IMG/VR virus record: IMGVR_UViG_3300035665_000004
Coordinates: 32,001 to 96,000 of that record
Direction: 5' to 3' (one strand)
DNA: 64,000 nt
Source of the DNA: a virus
The notes beneath the pieces were generated by a model. The model saw only the letters and a program-made list of their open reading frames with translations, searched no databases and was not told where the DNA came from. Positions within the stretch are counted from its first letter, which is position 1, and every line of letters starts with the position of its first letter. The position numbers were made by a program, and so were the translations under genes. Positions 1-9,711 of the stretch are shown piece after piece.

Positions 1-212
1 ATAGCATCCAACCCAGTAGCACTATAATTTAAATTTTCACTAAAAACCTTCCATCCACCGGATTCATGTCCACATTGGGCGATAAATGACGCTATTCGGT
101 TTGGTGTATTGATGTCATACTTAGGTAAAACCTCATTTAATGCCTCTACTAATGAATTTGAGGCAGTACCACATGATGGAAACAGTTGATTAAATTGTTG
201 TGTTGTTATCAT
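1..212 (-). CDS. GH19 (chitinase-like) endolysin, N-terminal part; runs off the window start
   Basis: Not in the ORF track. Manual translation from ATG at 212 (RBS GAGGAG) gives MITTQQFNQLFPSC...INTPNRIASFIAQCGHESGGWKVFSENLNYS, the GH19 AQxxHES...ENLNY signature. Confidence 0.85.
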   Translation of the reverse strand, partial: MITTQQFNQLFPSCGTASNSLVEALNEVLPKYDINTPNRIASFIAQCGHESGGWKVFSENLNYSATGLDA

Positions 213-972
213 TATTAACTCCTCTATTGTTACCTTTAATTAAATTATGTTGTTTCTTTACTTCTTTTATATGATGTATCTGTAATGTTATTTTGTTTAC
301 ATAATTAATGAGAATTTTAAAATTTTCATCAAAGGTTTTGTCTTTTATTGCATTTTTCAGTTCCTTTATTTCTCGTGATAAATTAAATAAAGGTGATGAT
401 ATAGTATGCTGTAAGTGATTGATATAAAAAATCAAATTATCATTTCCGATGGTAAGTTTATTATTGTTTTCCTTTAGATTTTTTATAGTATCCATGTAAT
501 AAGGAATTTTATACATAATAAAATCAACATAAATGACAAAAATAGTGACTACAATAAAAAAAATCATAAAAACAACAATAAAATCCTGTGAATCCAAGAC
601 AAAATATACTGGTTCATCATAATTTTCCATTGAAACCACAACATCAAAGGAAAAATCATCACGCATAGTTAAGATTGAATTACTGTAAACTGAATTCAAA
701 AAATGATGGTTGCTATTTTGATGTGAATTTATTTTTTTAGTATTTTTATCAAACTCGTAATATTTATTATTCTGGTATATACCCTTACAATTTAAAATTA
801 TACATAATTCCGATACATTCAACTTTTTATAAATTGTTCGTTCATAAATTAATTTATTATACATTTTATCATAATGATTAAACAAAAATTTAGAATATAC
901 CGTAGATGAACAGGTAGCAACAATCAAAAAAATACCAACCGCAGCCAACAATCGCATTTTAAACACCTGCAT
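190..972 (-). CDS. Membrane protein with sensor-like topology and a C-terminal DHp/HisKA-like helix; no ATPase domain
   Basis: Two hydrophobic segments flank a ~100-aa loop, followed by an H-box-like HLQHTISSPLFNL. ATG at 972 follows GGAGG. The 3' end overlaps the endolysin start by 23 nt. Confidence 0.6.
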   Translation of the reverse strand: MQVFKMRLLAAVGIFLIVATCSSTVYSKFLFNHYDKMYNKLIYERTIYKKLNVSELCIILNCKGIYQNNKYYEFDKNTKKINSHQNSNHHFLNSVYSNSILTMRDDFSFDVVVSMENYDEPVYFVLDSQDFIVVFMIFFIVVTIFVIYVDFIMYKIPYYMDTIKNLKENNNKLTIGNDNLIFYINHLQHTISSPLFNLSREIKELKNAIKDKTFDENFKILINYVNKITLQIHHIKEVKKQHNLIKGNNRGVNNDNNTTI

Positions 973-1012
973 TATTACCTCCAACAGTTTTAACTGTATA
1001 GTGTAAATAAAC

Positions 1013-1020
1013 TATTTATG
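1013..1020 (-). promoter_or_regulatory. Putative T4-type late promoter (CATAAATA)
   Basis: One-mismatch match to TATAAATA, ~40 nt upstream of the 972 start. Confidence 0.45.
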
Positions 1021-1057
1021 ATAGTTTGTTTATATGCGTTTGATTTTTACTAGTCTA

Positions 1058-1291
1058 TTATATTGCAAGAATTAACGCTGCATCATCTTTTCGTAAACTA
1101 ATAGTATAACCACGAATTTTAATTTCTATTGGATCACCCATTGGGGCATATCTAATTATTTCAAATTCAATTCCTCTTGTAATCCCCATTGCTAATAATC
1201 TTTTTCTATAGGTCTTATTGATCATTGGACAAAAACCAACAATCAATCCAGTAGTTCCAGGTAAAAACGTTGATAATGTTTTTTTTGTCAT
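1058..1291 (-). CDS. feoA: Ferrous iron transport protein A
   Basis: RKRLLAMGITRG...IRYAPMGDPIEIKIRGYTISLRK is the FeoA consensus; 77 aa. Confidence 0.92.
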   Translation of the reverse strand: MTKKTLSTFLPGTTGLIVGFCPMINKTYRKRLLAMGITRGIEFEIIRYAPMGDPIEIKIRGYTISLRKDDAALILAI

Positions 1292-1370
1292 AACTATTAT
1301 TTAATACCCATATATTTGTAGTATAATCAATATTTATTATACAAAAAAAGTTAAACGCGGAGATTAAAAA

Positions 1371-1856
1371 ATGAGATGTTACCATTTTAGCAATATGTAT
1401 CTTAGTTCAATACAACAAGGAATTCAATCAAGTCATACACAAATGGAGTTATTCGTCAAATATAAATCACCATCAAATAAAAAAGATATTTTATTTGATT
1501 GGGCTGAAATATACAAAACTACAATCGTTTTAAATGGTGGTTTTTTATCAACAATGCAAGAATTTTTAGGATTTCTTCAAGTGGAAGATAACCCATATCC
1601 TTTTGCGGAATTTTATGAAAGTGAAGAAGCACTCGGCGGTATCTTAACCAATATTGCTATTGTATTACCTGAAAAAATATATAAGTCCTCTGAATTATTA
1701 AGAAACAAAATAATTAATTCAGAATTTACAATAACCTCTGGTCTACCAAATGTGATTTATGATGAAACTGAAAAGTTACTCAATGAATTTGGTACATTAT
1801 CTGAATTTGAAAAAGAATTGTGTTCGAGATTAAATAATTTCAGATTAGCAAACTAA
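1371..1856 (+). CDS. Conserved phage protein, possibly peptidyl-tRNA hydrolase 2 (PTH2)-like fold
   Basis: GGAG RBS. NMYLSSIQQGIQSSH...WAEIYKTTIVLNGG resembles the PTH2 Q-x-x-H and W...K-x-x-V pattern. Confidence 0.4.
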   Translation: MRCYHFSNMYLSSIQQGIQSSHTQMELFVKYKSPSNKKDILFDWAEIYKTTIVLNGGFLSTMQEFLGFLQVEDNPYPFAEFYESEEALGGILTNIAIVLPEKIYKSSELLRNKIINSEFTITSGLPNVIYDETEKLLNEFGTLSEFEKELCSRLNNFRLAN

Positions 1857-1860
1857 CAAA

Positions 1861-1891
1861 AAAACCACATAATTTTAAATTATGTGGTTTT
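1861..1891. terminator. Bidirectional intrinsic terminator
   Basis: Inverted repeat aaaaccacataat/attatgtggtttt between convergent genes. Confidence 0.7.
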
Positions 1892-1919
1892 TTTAAAATT
1901 CACATTTGACCATTAATAA

Positions 1920-2501
1920 TTAAGTGAAGGTTTGATATGACGTTAAAACCTTAGAAACATAGTTAATGGTTTCGGGATATGGTGGTATCTTTCTATTATG
2001 TCGAATTACAGCATTTTCACCTGCATTGTAACCAGCTAATGCAAGTTTTTTATCATTGTTGAATATTTCCAACAGATGTTTAATATATTTTGTACCACCT
2101 TCAATACTTTGTACTGGATCAGTTCTATCAATAACTCCAAATCTTTCCGCAGTTACCGGCATAAGTTGCATTACTCCTACCGCACCTTTACTACTAATGG
2201 CGTATGTCTTGAACGAACTCTCAGTTTTAATAACGGCTTTCACTAACTTTGGATCGACACCATGTCGTTTAGCAGATTTTTGTGCTAAATACATAATCAT
2301 TTCTTGAGTATAAACAACAGTAAGTTTTTTCTTTACTGGTTTTAATGGTGCTACAACTGTTGTTACTTGAGGTTTTAACACTACCGCATGTGACTCATTA
2401 CTAAAGTATGCTCTCCCAGTATCATCATAATATCTGTAAATGTTTGCTTGTGTTGTTGTACTAACAAATAAACCAAATGATAAAATTATGGATTTTTTCA
2501 T
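1920..2501 (-). CDS. Soluble lytic transglycosylase (SLT domain) with signal peptide
   Basis: AVIKTESSF, GAVGVMQLMP, LALAGYNAG and YPETINYV motifs. ATG at 2501 overlaps the upstream stop (ATGA). Confidence 0.9.
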   Translation of the reverse strand: MKKSIILSFGLFVSTTTQANIYRYYDDTGRAYFSNESHAVVLKPQVTTVVAPLKPVKKKLTVVYTQEMIMYLAQKSAKRHGVDPKLVKAVIKTESSFKTYAISSKGAVGVMQLMPVTAERFGVIDRTDPVQSIEGGTKYIKHLLEIFNNDKKLALAGYNAGENAVIRHNRKIPPYPETINYVSKVLTSYQTFT

Positions 2502-2821
2502 TTTTGCATTCCACACGTAGAATTAAATTTAATAATTGCCGCATATTCAGTATTTGTTACATTAGTCAAAATATTAACAAATAATCCACTTGCACTATAC
2601 CACAGTGGTAAAAAAATAACTAAAATACAAACTACAACCCCAACCTGTATATGTTCTGGTAATTCTTTACCTAATATTTGTCGCCATCTATTCCAATAAA
2701 ATACAGTTAATCCTGTTACTAGACAGAGAATAAGAATCAACGTAACATCAGGGATAACTTCAATTAAAACCTGATTTTTCAATAAATCTACTGGCATGTT
2801 ACAAATGTTTTTAGTTGACAT
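2498..2821 (-). CDS. Two-TM membrane protein, translationally coupled to the transglycosylase
   Basis: Two hydrophobic stretches; stop overlaps the SLT ATG. Confidence 0.6.
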   Translation of the reverse strand: MSTKNICNMPVDLLKNQVLIEVIPDVTLILILCLVTGLTVFYWNRWRQILGKELPEHIQVGVVVCILVIFLPLWYSASGLFVNILTNVTNTEYAAIIKFNSTCGMQK

Positions 2822-2920
2822 AAAAATAAATTTCCTATATTAAAAAAATACATACAATATTATACTATATTTTTTTAAGTTTTACCAATTATTTTTTATC
2901 CTCCAAAAAAAAGTCGTAAA

Positions 2921-2960
2921 AAAACCGTTTCACTCACAAAATTATGGGTGAAACGGTTTT
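2921..2960. terminator. Intrinsic terminator
   Basis: Hairpin aaaaccgtttcac...gtgaaacggtttt immediately after the 2965..3174 gene. Confidence 0.65.
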
Positions 2961-2964
2961 TAAA

Positions 2965-3174
2965 CTATTTTGTTTTTTTATCAGTGTCCACTTCTACCTT
3001 AACACCAATTACAAAAGGTCTAATTGCTTGCATAATACCGGTATATGTTAAGAAAAAGTCGGGGTTTTGTTCATACCAACCAACCAATTTTCCATCATCA
3101 AAATCATACCCAGATACAAATTCGGCGTATTGCACAAATTGTTCACCGCTAGTGAATCTTTTACTTAAAATCAT
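2965..3174 (-). CDS. Hypothetical protein
   Basis: 69-aa ORF, co-directional with neighbours, GGGAG RBS. Confidence 0.55.
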   Translation of the reverse strand: MILSKRFTSGEQFVQYAEFVSGYDFDDGKLVGWYEQNPDFFLTYTGIMQAIRPFVIGVKVEVDTDKKTK

Positions 3175-3200
3175 AAGTCATCTCCCATGTTTAACTAATA

Positions 3201-3548
3201 TTATATAAAAATTTCCGGGTGTGACATCTTATAACGTTCTAATGATCTATTTAAATCAAAATAATCGCTAAAATACCCATTGGATAATTCTCGTATATAT
3301 TTATTAGTGTCATCAAAAACATATTTGGTAGCAGTTGCATAAGCCAATTCTTTATTCGAAAATACCAACCCACCCAAATCTACAAAATCTATTTCTAATA
3401 TAAGATCGTCATCATGTACAACTTTAAGTATTTTATGATACTCCAAATCATAACCAACACTAACAACCATCAATTTCAAAATTGCCACTGGGTTAGTTTC
3501 AACAACATATATCCAATCACCAACGTGTATATTATGAAATTCTACCAT
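3201..3548 (-). CDS. Hypothetical phage protein
   Basis: 115-aa ORF with GGGG RBS; ends HPEIFI. Confidence 0.6.
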   Translation of the reverse strand: MVEFHNIHVGDWIYVVETNPVAILKLMVVSVGYDLEYHKILKVVHDDDLILEIDFVDLGGLVFSNKELAYATATKYVFDDTNKYIRELSNGYFSDYFDLNRSLERYKMSHPEIFI

Positions 3549-3668
3549 ATTAACACCCCACCGGAATTAAAAAACACTTTTTTTGTAAAATTAATATTTA
3601 TACACCGCCAGCATATGATGAAATATGGTATAATCACTGGAAATTTTAAACAACGTGGAACTAAAAAT

Positions 3669-4241
3669 ATGAAAAAAAGAGCATTAATATGTATAATTGG
3701 AGGTTCTGGTTCAGGCAAATCAACATTAGAAGATGAAATCGTAATTCATGATGGATTTTCTAAAGTTATTTCAACCACAACTAGAAAAAAACGTGACGGT
3801 GAACATAATGGTCGTGAATATCATTTTGTGGACATTCAAACCTTTAAAAACATCGAAGCACAGAATGAATTGTTGGAATCCATTGAATTTTCAAACAATT
3901 TTTATGGTTTGACAAAAAGTGAATTTAACAAAACAACAGATAATTTGGTTTTTGTAGTTGAACCGCATGGGTTCGTACAAATTTCAAATTATATTGCTGA
4001 TAACAATTTAAACATAGAAACTATTGTAGTTTTTATGAATATCTCTGAAAAAGAAAGATTTAAAAATATGGTTAAACGTGGAGATAGCCCTATTTCAATT
4101 CAGGACAGATTACAAAATGAAAAAATAGTAGAGGATTTTAATAACTTTGGGATTATTCCAAATATTGCAGTTACTACTTTAAACGAAAATACACATAAAA
4201 AAATAATGAACTCAATAATTAAAATTATCGAACAATACTAA
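3669..4241 (+). CDS. gmk: Guanylate kinase
   Basis: P-loop GGSGSGKST and STTTRKKRDGEHNGREYHFV. True start taken as ATG 3669. Confidence 0.9.
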   Translation: MKKRALICIIGGSGSGKSTLEDEIVIHDGFSKVISTTTRKKRDGEHNGREYHFVDIQTFKNIEAQNELLESIEFSNNFYGLTKSEFNKTTDNLVFVVEPHGFVQISNYIADNNLNIETIVVFMNISEKERFKNMVKRGDSPISIQDRLQNEKIVEDFNNFGIIPNIAVTTLNENTHKKIMNSIIKIIEQY

Positions 4242-4310
4242 ATCAGCACAACGTACAAAAATTAGGTTTAAAACCACTAGACAACTAATGTTTAGTGGTT
4301 TAAATATTTG

Positions 4311-7300
4311 TTAATTTGTAGTTCCATCTAAATTTATCCAAACCCCGTTTTGATAACCCTGGAATTTATTCAATTCTGAATTGTATATAACATCTCCATT
4401 ACTCACAACCAAAGCATCTCTACCAGTATTGTCGAATGTTGGAAATTGAAAAGGAGCACCGGTAATTGCAACTCTTTCGGTAGATTTCAATGTTAGTGTT
4501 GTATTTTTTGCATTGATTACATCTTTAACTATTAATTCCCCATTAGAATTCAGCAACCCATCTATTCTTGTTTTTTCAACATCAATATTGTTTTGTAACG
4601 CAATATCAGCATTTGTTCTAGCGGTAATTTCTGAGGTTAAATTATTTGATAAAGTGGTAACTGTATCCGTTAATGTAGTATCTGCAGCTTTATATGCAGT
4701 ATCTAAATCAGAAATTGCTGCTTTTCTAGCGGTAATTTCTGAGGTTAAATTATTTGATAAAGTGGTAACTGTATCCGTTAATGTAGTATCTGCAGCTTTA
4801 TATGCAGTATCTAAATCAGAAATTGCTGCTTTTCTAGCGGTAATTTCTGAGGTTAAATTATTTGATAAAGTGGTAACTGTATCCGTTAATGTAGTATCTG
4901 CAGCTTTATATGCAGTATCTAAATCAGAAATTGCTGCTTTTCTAGCGGTAATTTCTGAGGTTAAATTATTTGATAAAGTGGTAACTGTATCCGTTAATGT
5001 AGTATCTGTAGTAGTCGACCCACCTGTCCCCAATGATGATACGGTATTTGATAAAGTGGTAATTGCATCTGTCAATGTAGTATCTGCGGCTTTATATGTA
5101 GTTTCTAAATCAGAAATTGCAGTAGTCAATACTGTTATTGCTGCTTTTCTAGCTGTAATTTCATCGGTTAAATTGGATGATAAGTTAGAATCCGCAGTTT
5201 TATATGCAGTATCTAAATCAGAAATTGCAGTAGTTAATGCGTTTACTGATGACGTCAGTGTATTATCTGCAGCTTTATATGCTGTATCTAATTCGGTAAT
5301 ATAAGATTGTAATGTAGTATCTGCCGCTTTATATGCAGTATCAAGAGCACTTACGGTATTAGTTAAGGTAGTAATCGCATTTGTTCTAGCTGTAACTTCA
5401 TTAGATAAATCGGTTTTTATTTTGGTATCTGCCGCTTTATATGCCGTATCAAGAGCACTTACAGTGCCAGTCAAAGTAGTGATTGCATCTGTTCTAGCTG
5501 TAACTTCATTAGATAAATTAGTGGTTAATGTAGTATCTGCTGCTTTATATGCAGTATCAAGAGCACTTACGGTATTAGTTAAGGTAGTAATTGCATTTGT
5601 TCTATCAGTTACCTCTGCCGACAAATTATTAGTTAATGTAGTATCTGCTGCTTTATATGCAGTATCAAGAGCACTTACGGTATTAGTTAGGGTGGTAATC
5701 GCAGTAGTTCTAGCTGTAACTTCATTAGATAAATTTGTGGTTAGTGTAGCATCTGCGGCTTTATATGCTGTATCAAGAGCACTCACTGCATTTGTTCTAG
5801 CTGTAACTTCATCAGATAAATTTGTGGTTAGTGTAGCATCTGCGGCTTTATATGCTGTATCAAGAGCACTCACGGTATTAGTTAGGGTGGTAATCGCAGT
5901 AGTTCTAGCTGTAACTTCATTAGCCAACGCAGTATTGTTTGATGTTACATAACCCGCAAAGGCGGTATCATTAGTAGTATCAACTGAATTGATTAAAGTA
6001 ACAATTTCAGCAAATGAATCTTTATCAGCAGATGATGCTGATAAAATTGCATCAATTCTAGTTTTTTCAGTATTGATAGCATTTGTTAATGTGGTGTTTG
6101 CAGATTGTCTAGTTGATACCTCGGAGGATAATGATGCCTCAATAGCAGTTTTGCTATTTTTAATATTGTTTTCAATTTTAGCCAAGGTATTATAATCTGC
6201 GGATGCGGTACTTATAATAGTATCCTGTGATGTAGTTATGGAATTAATAATGTCCGAATAGGATTTAGTACCACCACCAGCATTATTTGGATCTGTGAGT
6301 AAATATTTTGAACTATATACCCCACCATTATCTTTAACCTTTTGATATATATTAGCTAAAGTTATAGTAGAGCCACCATCGGTTAATGTATCCGCTTGAA
6401 CTGCTTTATCAACTTTAATAGCAACGATCGCGAGTTTAACTTTACTATTATCAAAAAAACCAGTTACTTCACTTTGAGTCAACCCATTAGCACCAGTAGA
6501 TTGACTAAGAATGCGTTGTCTAACAGTATCAACAATATTTTCTGGTGTTTGGTTTGCAACTGTTACTGCGTTTGAAGCAGTATTTACAGTGGTAGCTTTG
6601 ATACGGGCATCCAATTCAACCAAATTCACACTCTCTGTAGTAGAACCTAACCTCGTTGCTCTGTCGGCAACAGCAGCAGTTAATGTCGCTACTTTATCTT
6701 TTAACTCTGTATGGGCGATAATCCAACTTTTAAATTCATCACCCGTTTTTATAGGAGTCGTTACATCCGTAGTTATTATTCTTCTCGATTTATATGCCTC
6801 GACTGTTGAATCATCCTTAATAAAAGTGATTATATCTGCAAAAGATTTCAAACCACTATTAGATGTAAGTGCATAAGCTGATGACGATGCGTTAGTCAAA
6901 ACAGTTTTTAATTGATCCTGAGTAACCAGCCAATCTCGCAATTGATATAAATCATATAGATTTGCACCATTTCTTAATCTTGTGGCCTCATAAACTCGCA
7001 ATTCAGATTCCTTTAACTCGGTAGTACCATCATCAGATAATAATTTAGTTGCAATTCTTGCTTTTTCTACAACTAATTTACTAGGTAATGTATTTGCCAG
7101 TAACGTTGCATTATCTGCGGTTACTGCACGGGAAACATATAATGTTGATTCCAATTTACCACCCAGTTTTTCAGAATCAGCCACCGTAAAAGTATTGATA
7201 TTTTTTATTAAATTGGACATACTAAAAGGTATGTTTATAATACCGTTGTTATATCTGATTCGATTGGCTATATCAACTTCTAAATTTATAGAATCAACAC

Positions 7301-7601
7301 CATTTAACAGTTTAGAATTATAAACACTTAGTAAATTTTCTTTGATATAAACTGGGTCACCATTACTGTTTACTTTTGCATTACCACTACTATCAAAACT
7401 TTGAAGTAATCCAGTTTTTTCAGATAAAACCGATTTATTGACACTTAGTTGACTTTCAATCTTATACCCCAATTTAGATGAATTCAATACATCTAATTCA
7501 CTCATTCTTTTACCTTCTAATAAAAGAGAATCGCCGACTCTTTTAGTTCCAGCAAATATTTTGTTGAATTCAACTACAATTCGATTTACTAATATTTTCA
7601 T
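4311..7601 (-). CDS. Long tail-fibre-like protein with coiled-coil tandem repeats
   Basis: 1096 aa, Thr/Ala/Asp rich, with many SALDTAYKAADTTLTxNLSxEVTAR repeats. Confidence 0.7.
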   Translation of the reverse strand: MKILVNRIVVEFNKIFAGTKRVGDSLLLEGKRMSELDVLNSSKLGYKIESQLSVNKSVLSEKTGLLQSFDSSGNAKVNSNGDPVYIKENLLSVYNSKLLNGVDSINLEVDIANRIRYNNGIINIPFSMSNLIKNINTFTVADSEKLGGKLESTLYVSRAVTADNATLLANTLPSKLVVEKARIATKLLSDDGTTELKESELRVYEATRLRNGANLYDLYQLRDWLVTQDQLKTVLTNASSSAYALTSNSGLKSFADIITFIKDDSTVEAYKSRRIITTDVTTPIKTGDEFKSWIIAHTELKDKVATLTAAVADRATRLGSTTESVNLVELDARIKATTVNTASNAVTVANQTPENIVDTVRQRILSQSTGANGLTQSEVTGFFDNSKVKLAIVAIKVDKAVQADTLTDGGSTITLANIYQKVKDNGGVYSSKYLLTDPNNAGGGTKSYSDIINSITTSQDTIISTASADYNTLAKIENNIKNSKTAIEASLSSEVSTRQSANTTLTNAINTEKTRIDAILSASSADKDSFAEIVTLINSVDTTNDTAFAGYVTSNNTALANEVTARTTAITTLTNTVSALDTAYKAADATLTTNLSDEVTARTNAVSALDTAYKAADATLTTNLSNEVTARTTAITTLTNTVSALDTAYKAADTTLTNNLSAEVTDRTNAITTLTNTVSALDTAYKAADTTLTTNLSNEVTARTDAITTLTGTVSALDTAYKAADTKIKTDLSNEVTARTNAITTLTNTVSALDTAYKAADTTLQSYITELDTAYKAADNTLTSSVNALTTAISDLDTAYKTADSNLSSNLTDEITARKAAITVLTTAISDLETTYKAADTTLTDAITTLSNTVSSLGTGGSTTTDTTLTDTVTTLSNNLTSEITARKAAISDLDTAYKAADTTLTDTVTTLSNNLTSEITARKAAISDLDTAYKAADTTLTDTVTTLSNNLTSEITARKAAISDLDTAYKAADTTLTDTVTTLSNNLTSEITARTNADIALQNNIDVEKTRIDGLLNSNGELIVKDVINAKNTTLTLKSTERVAITGAPFQFPTFDNTGRDALVVSNGDVIYNSELNKFQGYQNGVWINLDGTTN
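4616..5008. repeat. Perfect 108-bp tandem repeat, about 3.6 copies (36-aa unit)
   Basis: gcggtaatttctgagg... recurs at 4621, 4729, 4837 and 4945 with identical sequence. Degenerate copies continue to ~5930. Confidence 0.95.
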
Positions 7602-7622
7602 ATATTTTTTGTCCTTTAATTA

Positions 7623-8273
7623 TTAAGATTTGTTAACATCATCAGACAAAATTGATTTATTGAATTCTGCAACTAATGACATATCAAAACTATTATCTCC
7701 ACTATCATGTAAATAATCATTGGTATAAGTAATAGATTCTGTTTTTGCGGTATTAACTAATTTCTTATATTCAGTTTGTATATCTAGTAAAGACCAATCA
7801 TTCAATTTTTTAGCATTAATCTCATTTGCAGTTTGGACGAGAATACCATCAACTTCTTTTTTCTTGTAATAATCACCAATAACATTACCACCCAAAATGT
7901 CTTTAGCAATATCATCGACATTTTTACCCTCTAAGGTAATAGCGTCAACAGCACTTAAATCAATAATATTATTCCACCAAAAATTACCAGATGAAGGTGA
8001 ATTATTTTGGTTTTGATTTTGTCGAGAAACATACACAACACCAGTAAATGCAACAATATCATTAACGTTATATTTGTAACCAGAATCCCATTCGGGAACC
8101 TTAACACCACCGGTAGATGATGTAGATGTACTAACTGCTGTACCAGGTGTTTGTGTTACTGCATTACCACCTTTATAATTATTATCGGAAACATACCATA
8201 TACCATTATCCCAATCAAGAATAATTTTTGCTTCACTCGTTGTCAAAACTGTCGAATTACTTGTCGTAGCCAT
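7623..8273 (-). CDS. Putative virion protein with a CBM5/12-like carbohydrate-binding motif
   Basis: WDSGYKYNVNDIVAFTGVVY...NFWW motif; directly upstream of the fibre gene; ATG 8273 with AAGGTG RBS. Confidence 0.55.
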   Translation of the reverse strand: MATTSNSTVLTTSEAKIILDWDNGIWYVSDNNYKGGNAVTQTPGTAVSTSTSSTGGVKVPEWDSGYKYNVNDIVAFTGVVYVSRQNQNQNNSPSSGNFWWNNIIDLSAVDAITLEGKNVDDIAKDILGGNVIGDYYKKKEVDGILVQTANEINAKKLNDWSLLDIQTEYKKLVNTAKTESITYTNDYLHDSGDNSFDMSLVAEFNKSILSDDVNKS

Positions 8274-8312
8274 GTTGTGCACCTTTGTTATTTTAATATT
8301 CAAACATATCTT

Positions 8313-8320
8313 TATTTATC
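8313..8320 (-). promoter_or_regulatory. Putative late promoter (GATAAATA)
   Basis: 40 nt upstream of the 8273 start of a virion operon. Confidence 0.45.
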
Positions 8321-8380
8321 ATTCACAATTTTTTTAGTAAAATATATTTTAAAACAAAATTACCAATTTGGAGATTTTAA

Positions 8381-9076
8381 ATGGCTGAAACACCAGATAC
8401 TACAAAAATTCAAAGTAAATACCATTCATTATTTATTGAACAAATTTTAGAATCAAAAAAGAAAAAGAAAGAAAAAAACACTTTTGAAATTAAACCAGCT
8501 CATTCCAAATTTAGAATGTTTATCGATTCATTTGCAGAAGATGAAAAAGGTTTACATGAAATTTTAAACATCTTGTGGGGAGCAAAAAAATATGATACTC
8601 TCGAATTACGAATAAATAGTGGTGGTGGTTTTATTAAAGAAGGGCAACAATTAGCAAATGTTATTCAGAATAAATTTCATAACAGAACAACCACAGTATT
8701 AGATAGTGCAGCATACTCAATGGGTGCGATTACTTTCTGTTTAGGTGACACAAGGGTTGTAACAGAAAACTGTGATTTGATGTTTCATGATTTCTCTATA
8801 GGATTATGTGGAAAAGGACAAGAAATTGAAGCACAAGTTGAGCATAATAAAACCCATTTACGAAATTTCTTTAAAAAAATATTAGTTCCATCAGGCTATT
8901 TAACAGAGTTTGAATTCGAACAAATGATAATTGGTAAAGATTTTTGGATGGATGTTACAGAAATGTGTGAACGAGGTATTGCAACGCACGTTTTGGTTAA
9001 AGGTGAAAACATAAAAGCAAAAAATTACTTAACTCAAATCAAAAATAAAAATGTCAAAACTAAAAAAAGAAAATAA
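8381..9076 (+). CDS. ClpP-like serine protease
   Basis: LRINSGGG, AAYSMG (catalytic Ser) and LMFHD (His). Confidence 0.8.
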   Translation: MAETPDTTKIQSKYHSLFIEQILESKKKKKEKNTFEIKPAHSKFRMFIDSFAEDEKGLHEILNILWGAKKYDTLELRINSGGGFIKEGQQLANVIQNKFHNRTTTVLDSAAYSMGAITFCLGDTRVVTENCDLMFHDFSIGLCGKGQEIEAQVEHNKTHLRNFFKKILVPSGYLTEFEFEQMIIGKDFWMDVTEMCERGIATHVLVKGENIKAKNYLTQIKNKNVKTKKRK

Positions 9077-9620
9077 AAATACGTTGCCGGTTACAAAAAA
9101 AGAAAAACCCATTAAAAAAATAAAAAGTATGCCTCAAACATATGTCGAGGATACATTTGATATTACTAATAATGTCAATACTACACAAATCATAATTGAA
9201 AATAAAGTTAACGTTAAAACTAAAAAAATTATAACAAAAGATGAATTATTACAAATGAATCAATTTAAAATGAAAGTTGATAGATTAGTAAAAAATATCA
9301 TGTTTGAAAAAAGTTTTAATGAATTACTGGATTTTGTTAATATCGGTAAAAGATACAAAACCTATATTATTGATGAATATACCGATGAAATTGACGTAAT
9401 GTTAGAGGTAATCATCCTAACATTTAAAAAGAGACTACCAAAGATAATAATGCACTATAATGATTATCAAAAAATATCAGCCTATTTTGATAGTTTAGCA
9501 TCATTATATTCGAGGTTTAAAAATTCTGAACAACTCATCAAGGATGATTTAAAACAGGAACGAGAAAAATTACTTTCAGCGGAACTGTATATGCGTGTAA
9601 ATTTTTTCAACCATCTTTGA
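9051..9620 (+). CDS. Hypothetical protein
   Basis: 189-aa ORF overlapping the end of the ClpP-like gene. Confidence 0.6.
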   Translation: MSKLKKENKNTLPVTKKEKPIKKIKSMPQTYVEDTFDITNNVNTTQIIIENKVNVKTKKIITKDELLQMNQFKMKVDRLVKNIMFEKSFNELLDFVNIGKRYKTYIIDEYTDEIDVMLEVIILTFKKRLPKIIMHYNDYQKISAYFDSLASLYSRFKNSEQLIKDDLKQEREKLLSAELYMRVNFFNHL

Positions 9621-9668
9621 ATATATTTTTTTAAAAACCTAAAATCGAAATACCCAAAAGTACATTAT

Positions 9669-9711
9669 CCACAGGATTTTTCAACCAGTGTTAATTGAAA
9701 AAATCCTGTGG
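9669..9711. terminator. Bidirectional terminator
   Basis: ccacaggatttttcaa...ttgaaaaaatcctgtgg between convergent genes. Confidence 0.7.

Noticed and set aside
3414-3668. 85-aa N-terminal extension of guanylate kinase given by the ORF track
   Set aside because: It overlaps a divergent gene and a TATAAT promoter; the P-loop begins right after ATG 3669.
4513-6876. Long plus-strand ORFs (263, 176, 68 and 121 aa) opposite the fibre gene, and similar ones at 36861-37649
   Set aside because: Antisense shadows of Thr/Ala/Asp-rich repeat coding sequence; no RBS and no recognisable motifs.
9665-9673. Perfect DnaA box TTATCCACA
   Set aside because: A single copy overlapping a terminator stem, 22 kb from the iteron origin; probably chance.
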